Positions 1 to 11,779 of a stretch of 64,000 bases of DNA are shown piece by piece. Where the stretch lies: the NCBI GenBank assembly GCA_021613535.1, contig CP075493.1, positions 10,602,001 to 10,666,000 of the forward strand, in the 5' to 3' direction. This stretch comes from Adineta vaga. Lineage: Eukaryota > Animalia > Rotifera. The first letter of the stretch is position 1. Each line of letters begins with the position of its first letter. Made by a program: the position numbers and the translations under genes. Under the pieces are notes generated by a model, which worked only from the letters and a program-made list of their open reading frames with translations, did no database searches and was not told the DNA's origin.

Positions 1-301
1 AAATTAATTACACTCTTAGGTGGAAATGTAAGTATAAAAATGTAAGTTTGTTTTTTAAACAAATTTTTCTTGTTTCTATAGATTACTGTTAATCGTAATA
101 TGGCTAAAATTGTTGTCGGATGTTCATCCAAACGATTACCAATTATAATATATCCTCAAGTTACGGAACAATGGGTTATTGGTAAGTTAAAAATACCAAA
201 TTAATTGAGTTTTATTGTTTTTGATTCTTGTTTCAGAGTCAGTTAAATTAGGCGGTTGTCTTCCACCCGATGATTATCTTGTGGAAAATAGTAGTGAATA
301 G
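1..301 (+). CDS. MCPH1: 3' end (last 3 exons) of a microcephalin-like BRCT-domain protein
   Basis: Spliced translation KLITLLGGN|ITVNRNMAKIVVGCSSKRLPIIIYPQVTEQWVIE|SVKLGGCLPPDDYLVENSSE* (TAG 299-301) resembles the terminal BRCT of microcephalin (GG motif, W-V-x-x-S, x-x-YL); GT-AG introns about 28-81 and 182-237. Confidence 0.6.
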
Positions 302-1627
302 CAATATGTGCATGTCAGATCTTTTTTTTTGTTTTTATATGAATATATATATATAATTGTATATAGATTAATGTACAGATAAATGAAGAAATTTGTTGAA
401 TTTAATAAAACAATTATTTACATGTTAACTTTGCTTATAAATAAATTAATGAAAATTTTTTTAATTGTTTTTAATATTAGAATGATCGTATTATTTATAT
501 TTTAGGATGAAACTGATTCGGATAGATGGAAGTTGAATTCTAAGCTCGGAGTGTGTTTCGAACTGATTCATGAAAAACTGACGATATGTCGGGATCTTGC
601 GCTAGTCTATTCTGTTAGTAGACTTTGATTAGTTGATTTGGTAACTGAACCCAGGTCAATGAATACAAAGTCAGTGTACCTCTGTAAACGGTAGTGAACG
701 TTTACCATACTACTGTTTATGATCGTTTTGTTTTATCTTGGTTTATTTTTTATCGCATTTTCAGTATCGGCTAATTTTTGTCGTTGTACTCTTTCATAGT
801 TAAATAGCTTTTTGGGCTAAATTGAGAAAATTTTAACGATATTAATATCGACATGGACCATTGCTTTTGTGTTTTTCGATTGACTAATAACTGTACACAA
901 ACTATATAGTATAGAGGTTAAAATAAAACATGAATAAGACAATATCATGAAGAGAGATAAACGATAGAACGAAAAAGCCAGTAGCGACTATTTTCATTAA
1001 GAATAAATACATAAAACACGTCAAATATTTAGATATCTAAAATTAATATAAAACATTGCCTTGATTTCTCTAGATAATTGATTGGTAACAGACCTTGCAA
1101 TGAATAACACCCGATCGAGATCGAGTGGAACTTTGCATTTTGTTTGATCCCCAAGACTAATAACATTCGTTTACCTACTAATATTATAAAAATCAGCTTT
1201 TAATCGAGTTACAATTTGATTTAAAAAAAAACTCAGATAAATCCTTCTTTAATTTATTCTGATGATATTAATTATTACAATCGTTGAACAAGATTCAGAA
1301 TGATCAATTTCGTTTCGTTTATTTCTTCATTTCTAAACAAATGACATTCGTTGGACGTATGATCAAATATAATTCTTCGAAAAGATGCATTTTTTTAAAG
1401 AATGAGCTCGGAAGAACAGAATCTGTCAATTATCATTTACGTGTCGTCTTCTAACCGAAATAATACAGTTTAAAGTTATATTACTACAATCTTCGACGAA
1501 AAAAAAAATTCTGTTTTTCTCCTTACAAAAAAAATACCGCTCATTACTTTATCAATTCTGTTCTCTTCTCGTATATGCAAATGAAAAGAGAAAGAGAGAG
1601 AAGAAAAAAACATACATTCTTCGTCAT

Positions 1628-2206
1628 ATGATGATGATGATATCAAATGAAAATCAATTTAAATTAAAATCCAATTTAGAAATTCCCATACACTTCTTAT
1701 GTTCAAGCATTCAACTAGTTTGTATATTTTCTATATTAGGTTTTCAAAGTGTTTTAACAATTACAAAAACGTGTCCATTCTATACAGGCATTGGTTATTG
1801 GTCATTTCCATTTTTAATTATTGCGCCAATTAGTATTGGTATTTTTCTTCAGAAACGAACCTTTATCTACTCTTGTCTATTGATTATTATTCATTTCTGT
1901 TCGAATCTATTTGCCACGTTGATTATTATCATTAGTTTTCTCGTATTAATTGAACAATTTGGAATATCATGTGCGACAACAACTGATTATTCGTTTGCAT
2001 TAAATATTTCATTAATTACTGTTTCAATTTGTTTGAAATTTGTTTTATATGGTGAAATCATTCTCATTTACAACATAGCACGTCAGAGTCGAAAAATTTC
2101 GGTTTCATTTAAAAAAAAGTACGAAATTTTATTCGATCATTCACGCAGAAAAATCGGAAGAACATTACAATTAGAACTTGGTCGATTTGATGATATTGAT
2201 ATTTAA
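1628..2206 (+). CDS. Intronless four-TM protein, MS4A/CD20-like
   Basis: 192 aa ORF with four hydrophobic segments and a GIGYWS motif after TM1 similar to the MS4A G-x-x-W motif. Confidence 0.55.
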   Translation: MMMMISNENQFKLKSNLEIPIHFLCSSIQLVCIFSILGFQSVLTITKTCPFYTGIGYWSFPFLIIAPISIGIFLQKRTFIYSCLLIIIHFCSNLFATLIIIISFLVLIEQFGISCATTTDYSFALNISLITVSICLKFVLYGEIILIYNIARQSRKISVSFKKKYEILFDHSRRKIGRTLQLELGRFDDIDI

Positions 2207-3536
2207 ATACAACTTCTTTTTTATCAAAAATTTCGTCTTGTACATTTATTGTTAAATAATAATAAATAATTTCTTTTTCTCAATGGTATTGCAAGGTTAA
2301 AATAAGTTTCTAAACAGTGATGATTTATAAAAAGAAAAGAAAAAGAAGGAAACCTCATTATAAATCCATTTCATCTGCCTTACATTGACACATTCGAATA
2401 AAAACAATGAGAGGTTTTGTAAATACTCAAATATCAGAAGATTATTATTTTTTCGATGAATTTATAAAATAAAATGCAGAACACTTTAGCTCATTTGCAT
2501 TTCAATTGATTTATTAAAAGTCAACGAATGATTTAATCGTTCAATTCGAATCAATGAAAAAGAAACGATCGACAAAAAGCATGCGATTATATATTATTGA
2601 ATGAAGAATGTGTTTAATATGCAAAAAATTCGTACGATGAGTTCTTCAAACGTTTCGCTGATGAAAATCAAAATTTTCAAGTTATTTATGATAGATCGCC
2701 GGTCGAAAAATGCTTCCCTGACATGCATCTTTGCATTTTTTCTATGTAAAGATAATATTAGGTGATCTTTTTTCGATTGCAATTCAATAGAAAATAACTT
2801 ACCGCTATATCTTTGATAGATTCTTTGTTATGAGATGTGTTTCGTGACGTTGAAAGCATTTCATTTCACACGGATCGGCGTAAGCGAACTTTTTCAATTG
2901 TTGACGTCGTAAACGCGTCAAGCTTCGAATATCATTGCCATCTGAACTATCAAAGTTATTTCCATTGGCAATGTTCAATTCAACTGTTATCAATAAGATA
3001 ATAAACAGAAGTGAAACTAAATGTTAATAATACAAAAAAGAAAAGAGATTTTACTAATCGAAAATATATACTTATGTAATTGTAAAACATTGAGAATATG
3101 AATAAGACGAAATACAATGAACTGAGATAGAAGTTGAGAATATAATGAATGAAATTCGCGCTGATTTTTCTCTTGTATTAAACGATAAGAAGCATATGTT
3201 TACTCATAACTAATCTATCATTTTTACGATACAATATTCATACGATGACATTTTTCTAGATTCTTTTTTTTTGTCATAGATCATTATATTTCAGTTATAA
3301 TCTTAACATGTTGAAATTTAGTTAATATATAGCTAACTCTGTTTTAAGAAAAGAATGATGTTTGGCGCTTTGTTTTAAAATTCCGCGATTTCTTCTCTGA
3401 TTAATTTTTCCGATCAAGAACAAGAATTTCTTCAATCTATAAATCAAATGAAAGATAAACTTAGTTGATTATGATATTTTAGTTCTCTCATGCAATGGAT
3501 AAAACATGAACATCTCTAAATATCTTATTATTAATT

Positions 3537-4112
3537 ATGAATTCTAATGATGAATCTCCCGAACAATTAATTATACTTGTTAGTGCTATATTTGGTTTAA
3601 TTTCATGTATTATGTCCATTTTGGCAATTACAACATCGGGTTGGCAAATCGATAGTTATCATAACAGAACAGGTCTATTTCAAAGTTGCTATAAAGATAA
3701 TTGTACAAATGTAGCAGATAAACATGATGTTTCAATTGTATGTGCAATACTTGGTCAATTTTTCATTATCATTGGAATTATCAGTTCATTTACCAATGCA
3801 TTTAACTGTCGACATCGAATGGGTTCAATGTTTGTCACTGGTTGTTTTATTTTTGCATCAATTCTTTTCTGGATAACAATTTTATCAATTAATTTATATT
3901 TATATTTAAATGGTGGTAGTGCAATTATTTTTAATGCAGCTTTATGTTTTTCATTATTAGCAACATTTACATCATCTTATGCATTAGGTACATTTTTTGC
4001 AACAAAGAATAAACAAATTCAATCAAGAATATCGATGATACCTATTAAATATGATCATGTACTAATACCAAAGGAATTCAATCGAAATGTACAGAAAGAT
4101 AATAAACATTAG
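3537..4112 (+). CDS. Claudin/PMP22/EMP-family tetraspan protein
   Basis: 191 aa ORF with four TM segments and the W...GLFQSC...C signature in the first extracellular loop. Confidence 0.75.
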   Translation: MNSNDESPEQLIILVSAIFGLISCIMSILAITTSGWQIDSYHNRTGLFQSCYKDNCTNVADKHDVSIVCAILGQFFIIIGIISSFTNAFNCRHRMGSMFVTGCFIFASILFWITILSINLYLYLNGGSAIIFNAALCFSLLATFTSSYALGTFFATKNKQIQSRISMIPIKYDHVLIPKEFNRNVQKDNKH

Positions 4113-4385
4113 ATAACGAATGTTTAAATCACGAAGTCAAAGTAAATCGATGGAATTTCCACGTATGTTATCGATTTTTTGTTTGGAAGTGTCCGTTCAC
4201 AATAATATATGTCTGACAACAAGATTACGAATGAAAAGAAAATAATAGTATTTGATTTGAAATGTATATTTATGTTTAAGAAATTGACGAAAAAAAATAT
4301 CCATTTCGTTGAAGAGAAAGAAAAAGAGTTAATATTATTGCTATTAAATTATAGAAAAGCTACTAGCTACAATTTTAAAAAAATT

Positions 4386-5727
4386 TCATTTTTCAAGATG
4401 ATCGTATTGCTTGTCAAGTTCAGCTTCCATTTCAGTGATCGGACTTGAACGTTGTATTGTCTTCTTCAAATGTACCTGAAAAAAGAAATATTAAATATAA
4501 ATATATTGAAATAACAAAACAAAAAATGAAAACAAAAGATTCTCTCATCTCATAGAATTCGATTCATTCTTTCTTTTTGTCATCTCAAAACGAACTTACG
4601 AAGGCGATAATGCTCGCCAGGAAAAGTATACAAAATAGAAGTGCAGCAAGAAGAAATAAAAGTAACATTGTTCCTTCACTGAATGATGAAGAATGCTGTT
4701 CATGCATAGTTTGATTGATTATAAATGATGTATCTTCATGAAAATAGTCTGTTATTCTTGTTTTGCCTGTACCGAGATTTTCATGTATACTATGATATTG
4801 TTTATCTCTTTGCTCACCTTCATTTTTGTGTTCGAATGTTTCTGGAATGGTACGTGTATGAAGAAGTCCAGTTGTATCGGCGAATGATTCGAATGATGAT
4901 GTTGGCTGAAAATGAGAAGAAATATTTTAGAATTGAAACGAAAACAAAATTCATTCGATATTTACTTCAGTGAAAGCTGTTACGATTGGTTCATTTTGTA
5001 CAAATCGACTTGCACGACCATTAAATTCAGTGCTTGATTCAACTGTGGCATATAAATCTGTATCGATGTTACGTTCAACTTTTGAGTCTTCTGATGGAAT
5101 TTCAATTGTTGTGAAGTCAAAGGTGACAATTTCATCTTCACGTTTTTCTTGAGATTCCTTGTTAATTTCAACTGGTTTTGGTTTTGCAATTAAAACATGA
5201 TCAGATGGATAGATTTCATCTGATCGTTTGACCCACTTTGATGTAGTTGCTTCTTCACGTCTTTCTTCAGATTCCTTGTTAAATTCGATTGGTTTTGGAT
5301 TCTCAATCAAAACATTAGTAGATGGATTGATTTCATCTGATCGTTTGACCCATTTTGGTGTAGTTTCATCTGATGAGATTATTTTTTCGTGTTTAAGTTC
5401 ACTTGATGTTAAACGTTCAGTGGTATGTTCATAACTATCACTGTCATCCATCAGTATGAACATCCTTTGTTCGTTTGATATGAATTTGTGGAATAGCAGT
5501 TGTTTCTTCGAATGTCTAAAATCAAGAATGTTTTTTTCAAAAATAAAACAAATAATTAAAGCAATATTCTTTACCAATGATTCTAAAATACGTTCATCGA
5601 TTTGTTTGTGATCAGGAAATTCAGAAGCAATTGTTGTATAATCAAATTCGATTCCGACTGGAACTGAATAACAATATGTAGCCAATAATAAGACGAAAAG
5701 TGAAATGATTGAAGAAATTGAAGCCAT
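4386..5727 (-). CDS. Type I membrane protein with signal peptide, acidic S/T/E-rich ectodomain and a 39-aa tandem repeat
   Basis: Signal peptide MASISSIISLFVLLLATYCYS; multi-exon. TM segment TMLLLFLLAALLFCILFLASIIAF near 4600-4675; last exon VHLKKTIQRSSPITEMEAELDKQYDHLEK* (stop 4386-4388). Confidence 0.7.
5141..5372 (-). repeat. Two-copy 117 bp coding tandem repeat (TTxKWVKRSDEIxPS...PKPxExNKESxExREE)
   Basis: gattccttg occurs at 5153 and 5270; tgatcgtttgaccca at 5221 and 5338 (offset 117). Confidence 0.85.
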
Positions 5728-6454
5728 TATTGGGTTCTGTTAGCAATAATTAATGATCGATAGTAAACTTTTCTTGTGAAGATATACGATAAAATTCGAT
5801 TACTTTTATAGGTACGATTAAACAAAGACGAATAAAAGAGAGATGATGATATCATTTAAATAAAGGCAAGAACAAAGAACATAATAATCGTTAGATTTAA
5901 ATGACGGACTATATAGTTTGTAAATCCAAAGAAGACGATACTTTCTTTTCCTTTCTTCGATATATCTTTCTAGGCCTTGATATTCCTTTTAGACATATAG
6001 TGAAAACATCACATAATAGACTAAATGATCAGATGAATCGAACAGACTTTCTAAATTTTTCAGTCCAGTTAAGTTTACTTCTACAGTTCATAATGAGTGT
6101 TCCAAAAAAAACTCAAAAAGGATGTCTACAGGTTTTTCAACAATATATGGCTTTCATCCGAGATGGAGCCACATTCAAATTCACGAATAAAAACGGTTTA
6201 AACAGATTGAATAACTTTGTCAAAATGATGACACTGATTTGAGTTGAAAGAAGTCCAAAGATACAGTTCACAGTAATTTTAATGATAATACTAATTCAAT
6301 AGACGGTTGCTCGACAACTACGCAACGAGAAAAGAACAATGGCGTCTATGCGTACTTTATTTTAAAATATTGCCAGAATCGTTGTTATAAAAAACAAGTG
6401 TGTGTCTAATAATCGATTAACGGCCTCTTAACAAATCGTGTTTATTGTTCTCTC

Positions 6455-9400
6455 ATGACTCATTTGGATTCGAGGTACTATTTATCTTCTTTTCAAAAAA
6501 AAAGAAAAAAAACGATGAACTGATATTTTCTCTAGACTTTTGGCTAATTACAGTCCTTTAACTGATGAACATTTACGATCTTATTTCAGTCATGAACGTA
6601 TTCAAACTCATTTAAGACAAGCAGGATTAGTAAAAGAAATTTGTCAACATGATTTAAGTAATCAATAAATTAAATCGTTTAGATTGGCCGTCGAGGTGAA
6701 CTTATACCAGAGAAAGAATATCGAACGAAATTAGTTCGACGTGAACGAAAAAAACATGTACGACAAGTGCTCGCTGAAAATATTGTTCATCGGTATTTAA
6801 TCAAGAAATTCTCTTTCGAAAGATTGTTTTTCTTATTCTAGAGCTATTGATATGGAACGAGCTCGACAAGCTGAAATAAAACGTAAATTAGATATGATCG
6901 AAAAGAAAACATTAGTGCACAGTGTTAAAGTAATTTGAATGATCGTCTGCTTTTTTTTGATGAAATGAATATGATGTTTAGGAATCAAGAAGACATACAA
7001 CTGGTACTGAGCATTCACCAACAGATCTATCCAAATCAGATGAAATTGGATCACATTCAATGCATGAATCTTGGCTACAAACTCGACCTAAAACAACTCA
7101 TCAACATCGAGATGTTCAATTAGTAAAATCTAACATAGAAATAATAGAAATATAAAGAATTGATCTTGAATAGATGAATGAAGAATTTGATGGACAACCT
7201 CGTGTTCTTCGTGTTCGATCAGCCAATGTTAGCGATGATTTTCGACGAAAACATCCATCAAAAGGTTCATCATTTCATCAACGTCAACTTCATCGACCAA
7301 AATCTTCCGCTGCTCAACGTTCATCTTCTCTAGTAACCATTGTTTGTTCTTGAAATTATAAATATTTCATTGGGTTTTTTCTCTCTCTTCAAATTGAATA
7401 GCAATTTCGTTCATTAACCAAAACCTCGGATTCTTCATGTCGAATTACAATGATTTATTATGGTTCACATACTAAACTCGAATATGATCGTTCATTATTT
7501 GAATCAACTGATGAAATTATGGTTATGCAACAACATTGTGGAGGAGAAAATTTAATTGTTTACAAAGGAAATCATAAGCGAGGAGGTAGTTTTGTTTATA
7601 TTTTCTTTTGATCTATCTATATATAATTTCTGAATTATTTTCTAGATGAATTTTCGTTCAATTCTCATCGACATTCTGATTATCCACTTGGCTTATCTTT
7701 GTATGTAAAAGGCTTAATCGATAGTCGAATATCGACATGTTGTGAATATAAACATCGTAATGGTGTTCGATTAGGCGGTGAACGTGGTCATTTTGCTGTT
7801 GTATCCGTTCAAGGATCGAAACCGTGTTTAAAGTACAATTTTAAAGACAATTAATATATTGTATTTAATCGAGTTGATTTTAGATGTCGTTTTGAAGAAC
7901 AAATGCGATCAAAAGATTTAAACGAAACAAACGATGAAGAAAATAAAATGATTACAATATCAATGCCTGTTTCTGATGCAACAGGGAGAAAGAAAACTCC
8001 AGTTAAAATACCTGTCAAACATACATCAGAATCAGAGAATTATTCGGATGATTTTGATGAAACAGGAAAAGTCGACACATCAAAAGATGGTCATTCTTCC
8101 AATACAAATGCTAATAAGGTAAACAGTTGACTTTTATATCATTAGTAACGAAAAGAAAATGTAATCAAATATTTCTTTTCTATAGGCTCGTTCTGCATCA
8201 AGTCAAGGAAGATTCTCCAAAGAAACAAAATCCCCATCGACTAAAACTTGGCATGTTACATTTCATTCATCGAATATTCCAACCGGAAGTTTTCAATTAC
8301 CGAAAAACTCTTCAACGGATGCATTTCTTCAACTGTCACTTGTTTCTACGGATGGTAAAACTGAAACTGAACAATATGAAATTGATATGCGAGATTATCC
8401 AAAATGTTTTAAATCTGGTCGAGAAGATACATTTCAAATTCAACTGCGAAATATTGGTAAACCAAAACAAGTTCGATTATTACTTCAAATAGCAGATGTT
8501 GATACAGATGAGATTAAATGGCACCTTGATCACGTAAATTCTATAAAGAAAAGAAAAAGGAGAAAATCACTAAAATTCTTTTCTCTTTTATTTAGATTGA
8601 ACTCTTTGATGTAGACAGTCGTTTACATTATAAATACTCTTGTAATCAATGGATTCGACCATCACATGAAAAACTTCTGAATCTTACAGAATCATTCGAA
8701 GGAAAAACTGCTCGAAAATCACATATTCAAAAACCAATAATCCCAATAAAACGAAAACCAAAAGTTTCTTCACGTTCATCATCATCGGACGATGAACATA
8801 ATTCTGTGTGTTACCGGGTTATCATTTATCCTTCGAAAGAGACTGATGGCGAATTTGATGCTTTAAATGATAGTCAAATGTTCATACGTTTGAATAATCA
8901 ACCAAAAGTTTCATTTATCTACGAAAAAGGAACACAATCTTGTCCTTCATTTGATTCAGGTAAAAATCAAACATTTGAAATTAATTCAATGCAAAATACA
9001 AATGAACAACCAATGAAATTGACAATTGGATATTATAATTCTAATATTACTGCAAGAAAATGGAAACTTCAAAAGGTTTCGTATATATTTTATTTGTTTT
9101 GTATTAATAAATCATTCTTTACGTAGATTGTTTTGATCAATACTAAAACAAATGAAGAAACAACTTTTCTTTGTAAAGAACCGCTGCTTAGAAACGACTT
9201 TAATTTACGTGCAGAACAAACTTTTCTAATACAATCGAAGGATGATGATGATGATGATGACAATCAAAAACGTAAGTTTCACTAGTGATTCAGAAATATT
9301 ATCGTTTTTTTTACTATTTTTGAACAGATTCACCTCGTCGAACAAATGTCATCGAACAAGCATCATCACGATCTGAAAGTGAAGAACGTACGCCAACAAA

Positions 9401-9839
9401 AGCTAATCGTCCAATTCGCTCATCACCACCTGAATCTCCGAAATTAAAAACTACAAAGAAGAATAAGAATGAGAAAAAGTCTTCCTTCACACGTTCATCT
9501 CAAAGTACAGAAGATGATGAAGAAAATGAGTACGATCGAACGTTTAACAATCAAGGATCAACTGATAAACATGAAGTAATGGATTCATCACTATCTCGAC
9601 CAAAAACTCGACGTGGTCTTCAAGATAGTTTTGGAACGAATGGTGAACATAGAGATACATCAACTAAATTACAGCCAGAAAGTGATATATGGAGACCACC
9701 AAGTCAACTTGGAGGAAGAAAACAAGTTGCTCATTCAAGTGATTCAGATGATCTTCAAGAGGAGACAACACAATCAAGTGATCAACATACTCATAAGATT
9801 CTACCGGCGACGAATGCTAATAATAAAAACGAAATCTGA
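6455..9839 (+). CDS. ERICH3: ERICH3 (glutamate-rich 3, DUF4590)-like protein with two C-terminal PLAT/LH2-like domains
   Basis: N-terminus MTHLDSR|LLANYSPLTDEHLRSYFSHERIQTHLRQAGL|IGRRGELIPEKEY...AIDMERARQAEIKRKL; DUF4590 motifs MQQHCGGENL and STCCEYKHRNGVRLGG; multi-exon, TGA at 9837-9839. Confidence 0.8.
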
Positions 9840-10547
9840 TATCCAAACAATGATAATGACATTTAAGGAAAGTTTGTTTTTTCTTGTGATATACACATGG
9901 ATTTTATTTTCATATTTCAACAGAGTGTGCTCTTTCTTTCTTTCTTTCTTTCTTCTGTTTGTTTGATATCTTCTTCTACTTCTTGTTTGTTTTACAAATA
10001 AATTAACTATGGTTTTTCAGAGTTATTTAAATCAATAAACGACCATATGAAATCACTGTGAAAATCGATACACTACATTTTAATGAAAAACAATTGGTTT
10101 GAAATAGCAATATCTACAGAAAAAAGGCTTTTCTTCAATCGTATGTTACCACAGAAGGAATATATAAATAAGAATAAGTGAACGTATCTTCTATGAAACA
10201 AAATAATGTAAAATGAACTGTTATAACGACTTTAGTTTCGCATTAATCGGTTGAATACTATCTACTTTTTCTCAAGTAGTATACATTAAATTCTTACTTT
10301 CGTAAGATTGGCTTCGATATAGATAATAAAAAGCAAAGATTTACTTACATACTGTCAGTTATTAATCTAGGAAATATCTAAATCATCAATTTTTAGCTCA
10401 GCGTGACAAAGGACGAAAAACAAATATCTATTAAAGCTTCGTTATTTCTTGTTTTATTTTTGAAATGTAAATAGCAAACAAAAGGGAAAATTTCTCCAAT
10501 AAATAAATGTCTTGCATGGTATTGTCTAATTAATATTTTCAATTAAA

Positions 10548-11314
10548 TTATCGAATGAGTACTCGATCAAACTGAACGCCATTCAATGTTCCACCTGCCA
10601 TAGTTTTTGTGACGTTTGATCGAAATGTATTGACATTAGTTTTTAATACTTCAGCAGCTTCTTTATTTAATGGATCATCTGGATTAGGTTCCTAAAGAAA
10701 ACTTTTCTTTATTCAAAATAATTTTCGAAATAATCTTACCGAAAAAAGAAAGCCCATACCGAGAATAACAGATAAAATTGTTAATACAGGTTTCCAATCT
10801 TCTCTAAAATAATACCAACAAATTCGATCATTTTAGAGAAAAGAAAAATGAAAATTACCGAAGAATATTTAAACAAACATTTCCTTCAAGATCAATATTT
10901 GGATGATAAATTTTTTGAGTACATTTTACTTTTGGTGGTGTATGAGGATATTCAGATTCGATAGTAAATGAAAATATAAAACGACCACCTTTATAAAAAC
11001 CCTGGAAAAGGAAAACCCAATGCATGATTATTTATATATTTCATTCAAATAAATTCATACATCATCAGGTGTGATTGTTAGTGTAAAATGAAGCAGATCA
11101 TCTTTGTTTGGATAAGTTACTTGACATGTTGGCGGTAACGTACCAATTTCACTTAAATCTAATAATAATCAAAGATTTAGACTTGATTTTCTGTAAAGAA
11201 TAAACTACCTTTTGTAACACGTAAAAGAGCTGCTGAAGTTTTCTTTGTACTAGAATCAGTTGATGCACCCTCACCAGAGGGACGTTGCTGTTTAAGACTA
11301 AAGATATTGAGCAT
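10548..11314 (-). CDS. UBE2M: NEDD8-conjugating enzyme Ubc12
   Basis: Spliced translation [10 protein letters not shown]...[10 protein letters not shown]...[24 protein letters not shown]...[11 protein letters not shown]...FDRVLIR*; absent from the ORF track because the exons are short. Confidence 0.92.
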
Positions 11315-11779
11315 ATCTAAAGGAGATTTTTCGAATATAATTCATGCAAATAATTATGAAATGTAAGAATCAAAAAAGGAAATTTCACATATATATATGA
11401 TATGTATTCATCAACAATATACAAATTCAATATGAATCAATAGGAAAAAGAAATAATTTTACAGCGACATCTTATTTTATCAAAAAATATCTTTACGATA
11501 GAGTAGGGCATCTACATAATATTGGATCAAATAGTGGTCTATAATATACATATATATTTAGCTTTTGTTTATCGATTCAAATGAATAAATTCAGTAGAAT
11601 GGACTATAGAATATACATGACAATAAGAATCTTCATATTCTAAATCATGAAAATAGGTATATCTCTTTTCAACGACATTCTCATATGAACATTTTTTCGC
11701 GAACAATATGTAGATTGACAAAAGTTATTTAAATCACTTTTTTTTAACACTCCACATAAATAAACTATACAAAGAAAAG

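Noticed and set aside
2594-2993. Two short minus-strand ORFs in slightly GC-richer DNA
   Set aside because: Non-ATG starts, no recognisable domain or splice structure; possibly a decayed element but unsupported.
5901-6242. 113 aa ORF between divergent genes
   Set aside because: No motif or coding-like pattern; probably promoter region or decayed sequence.
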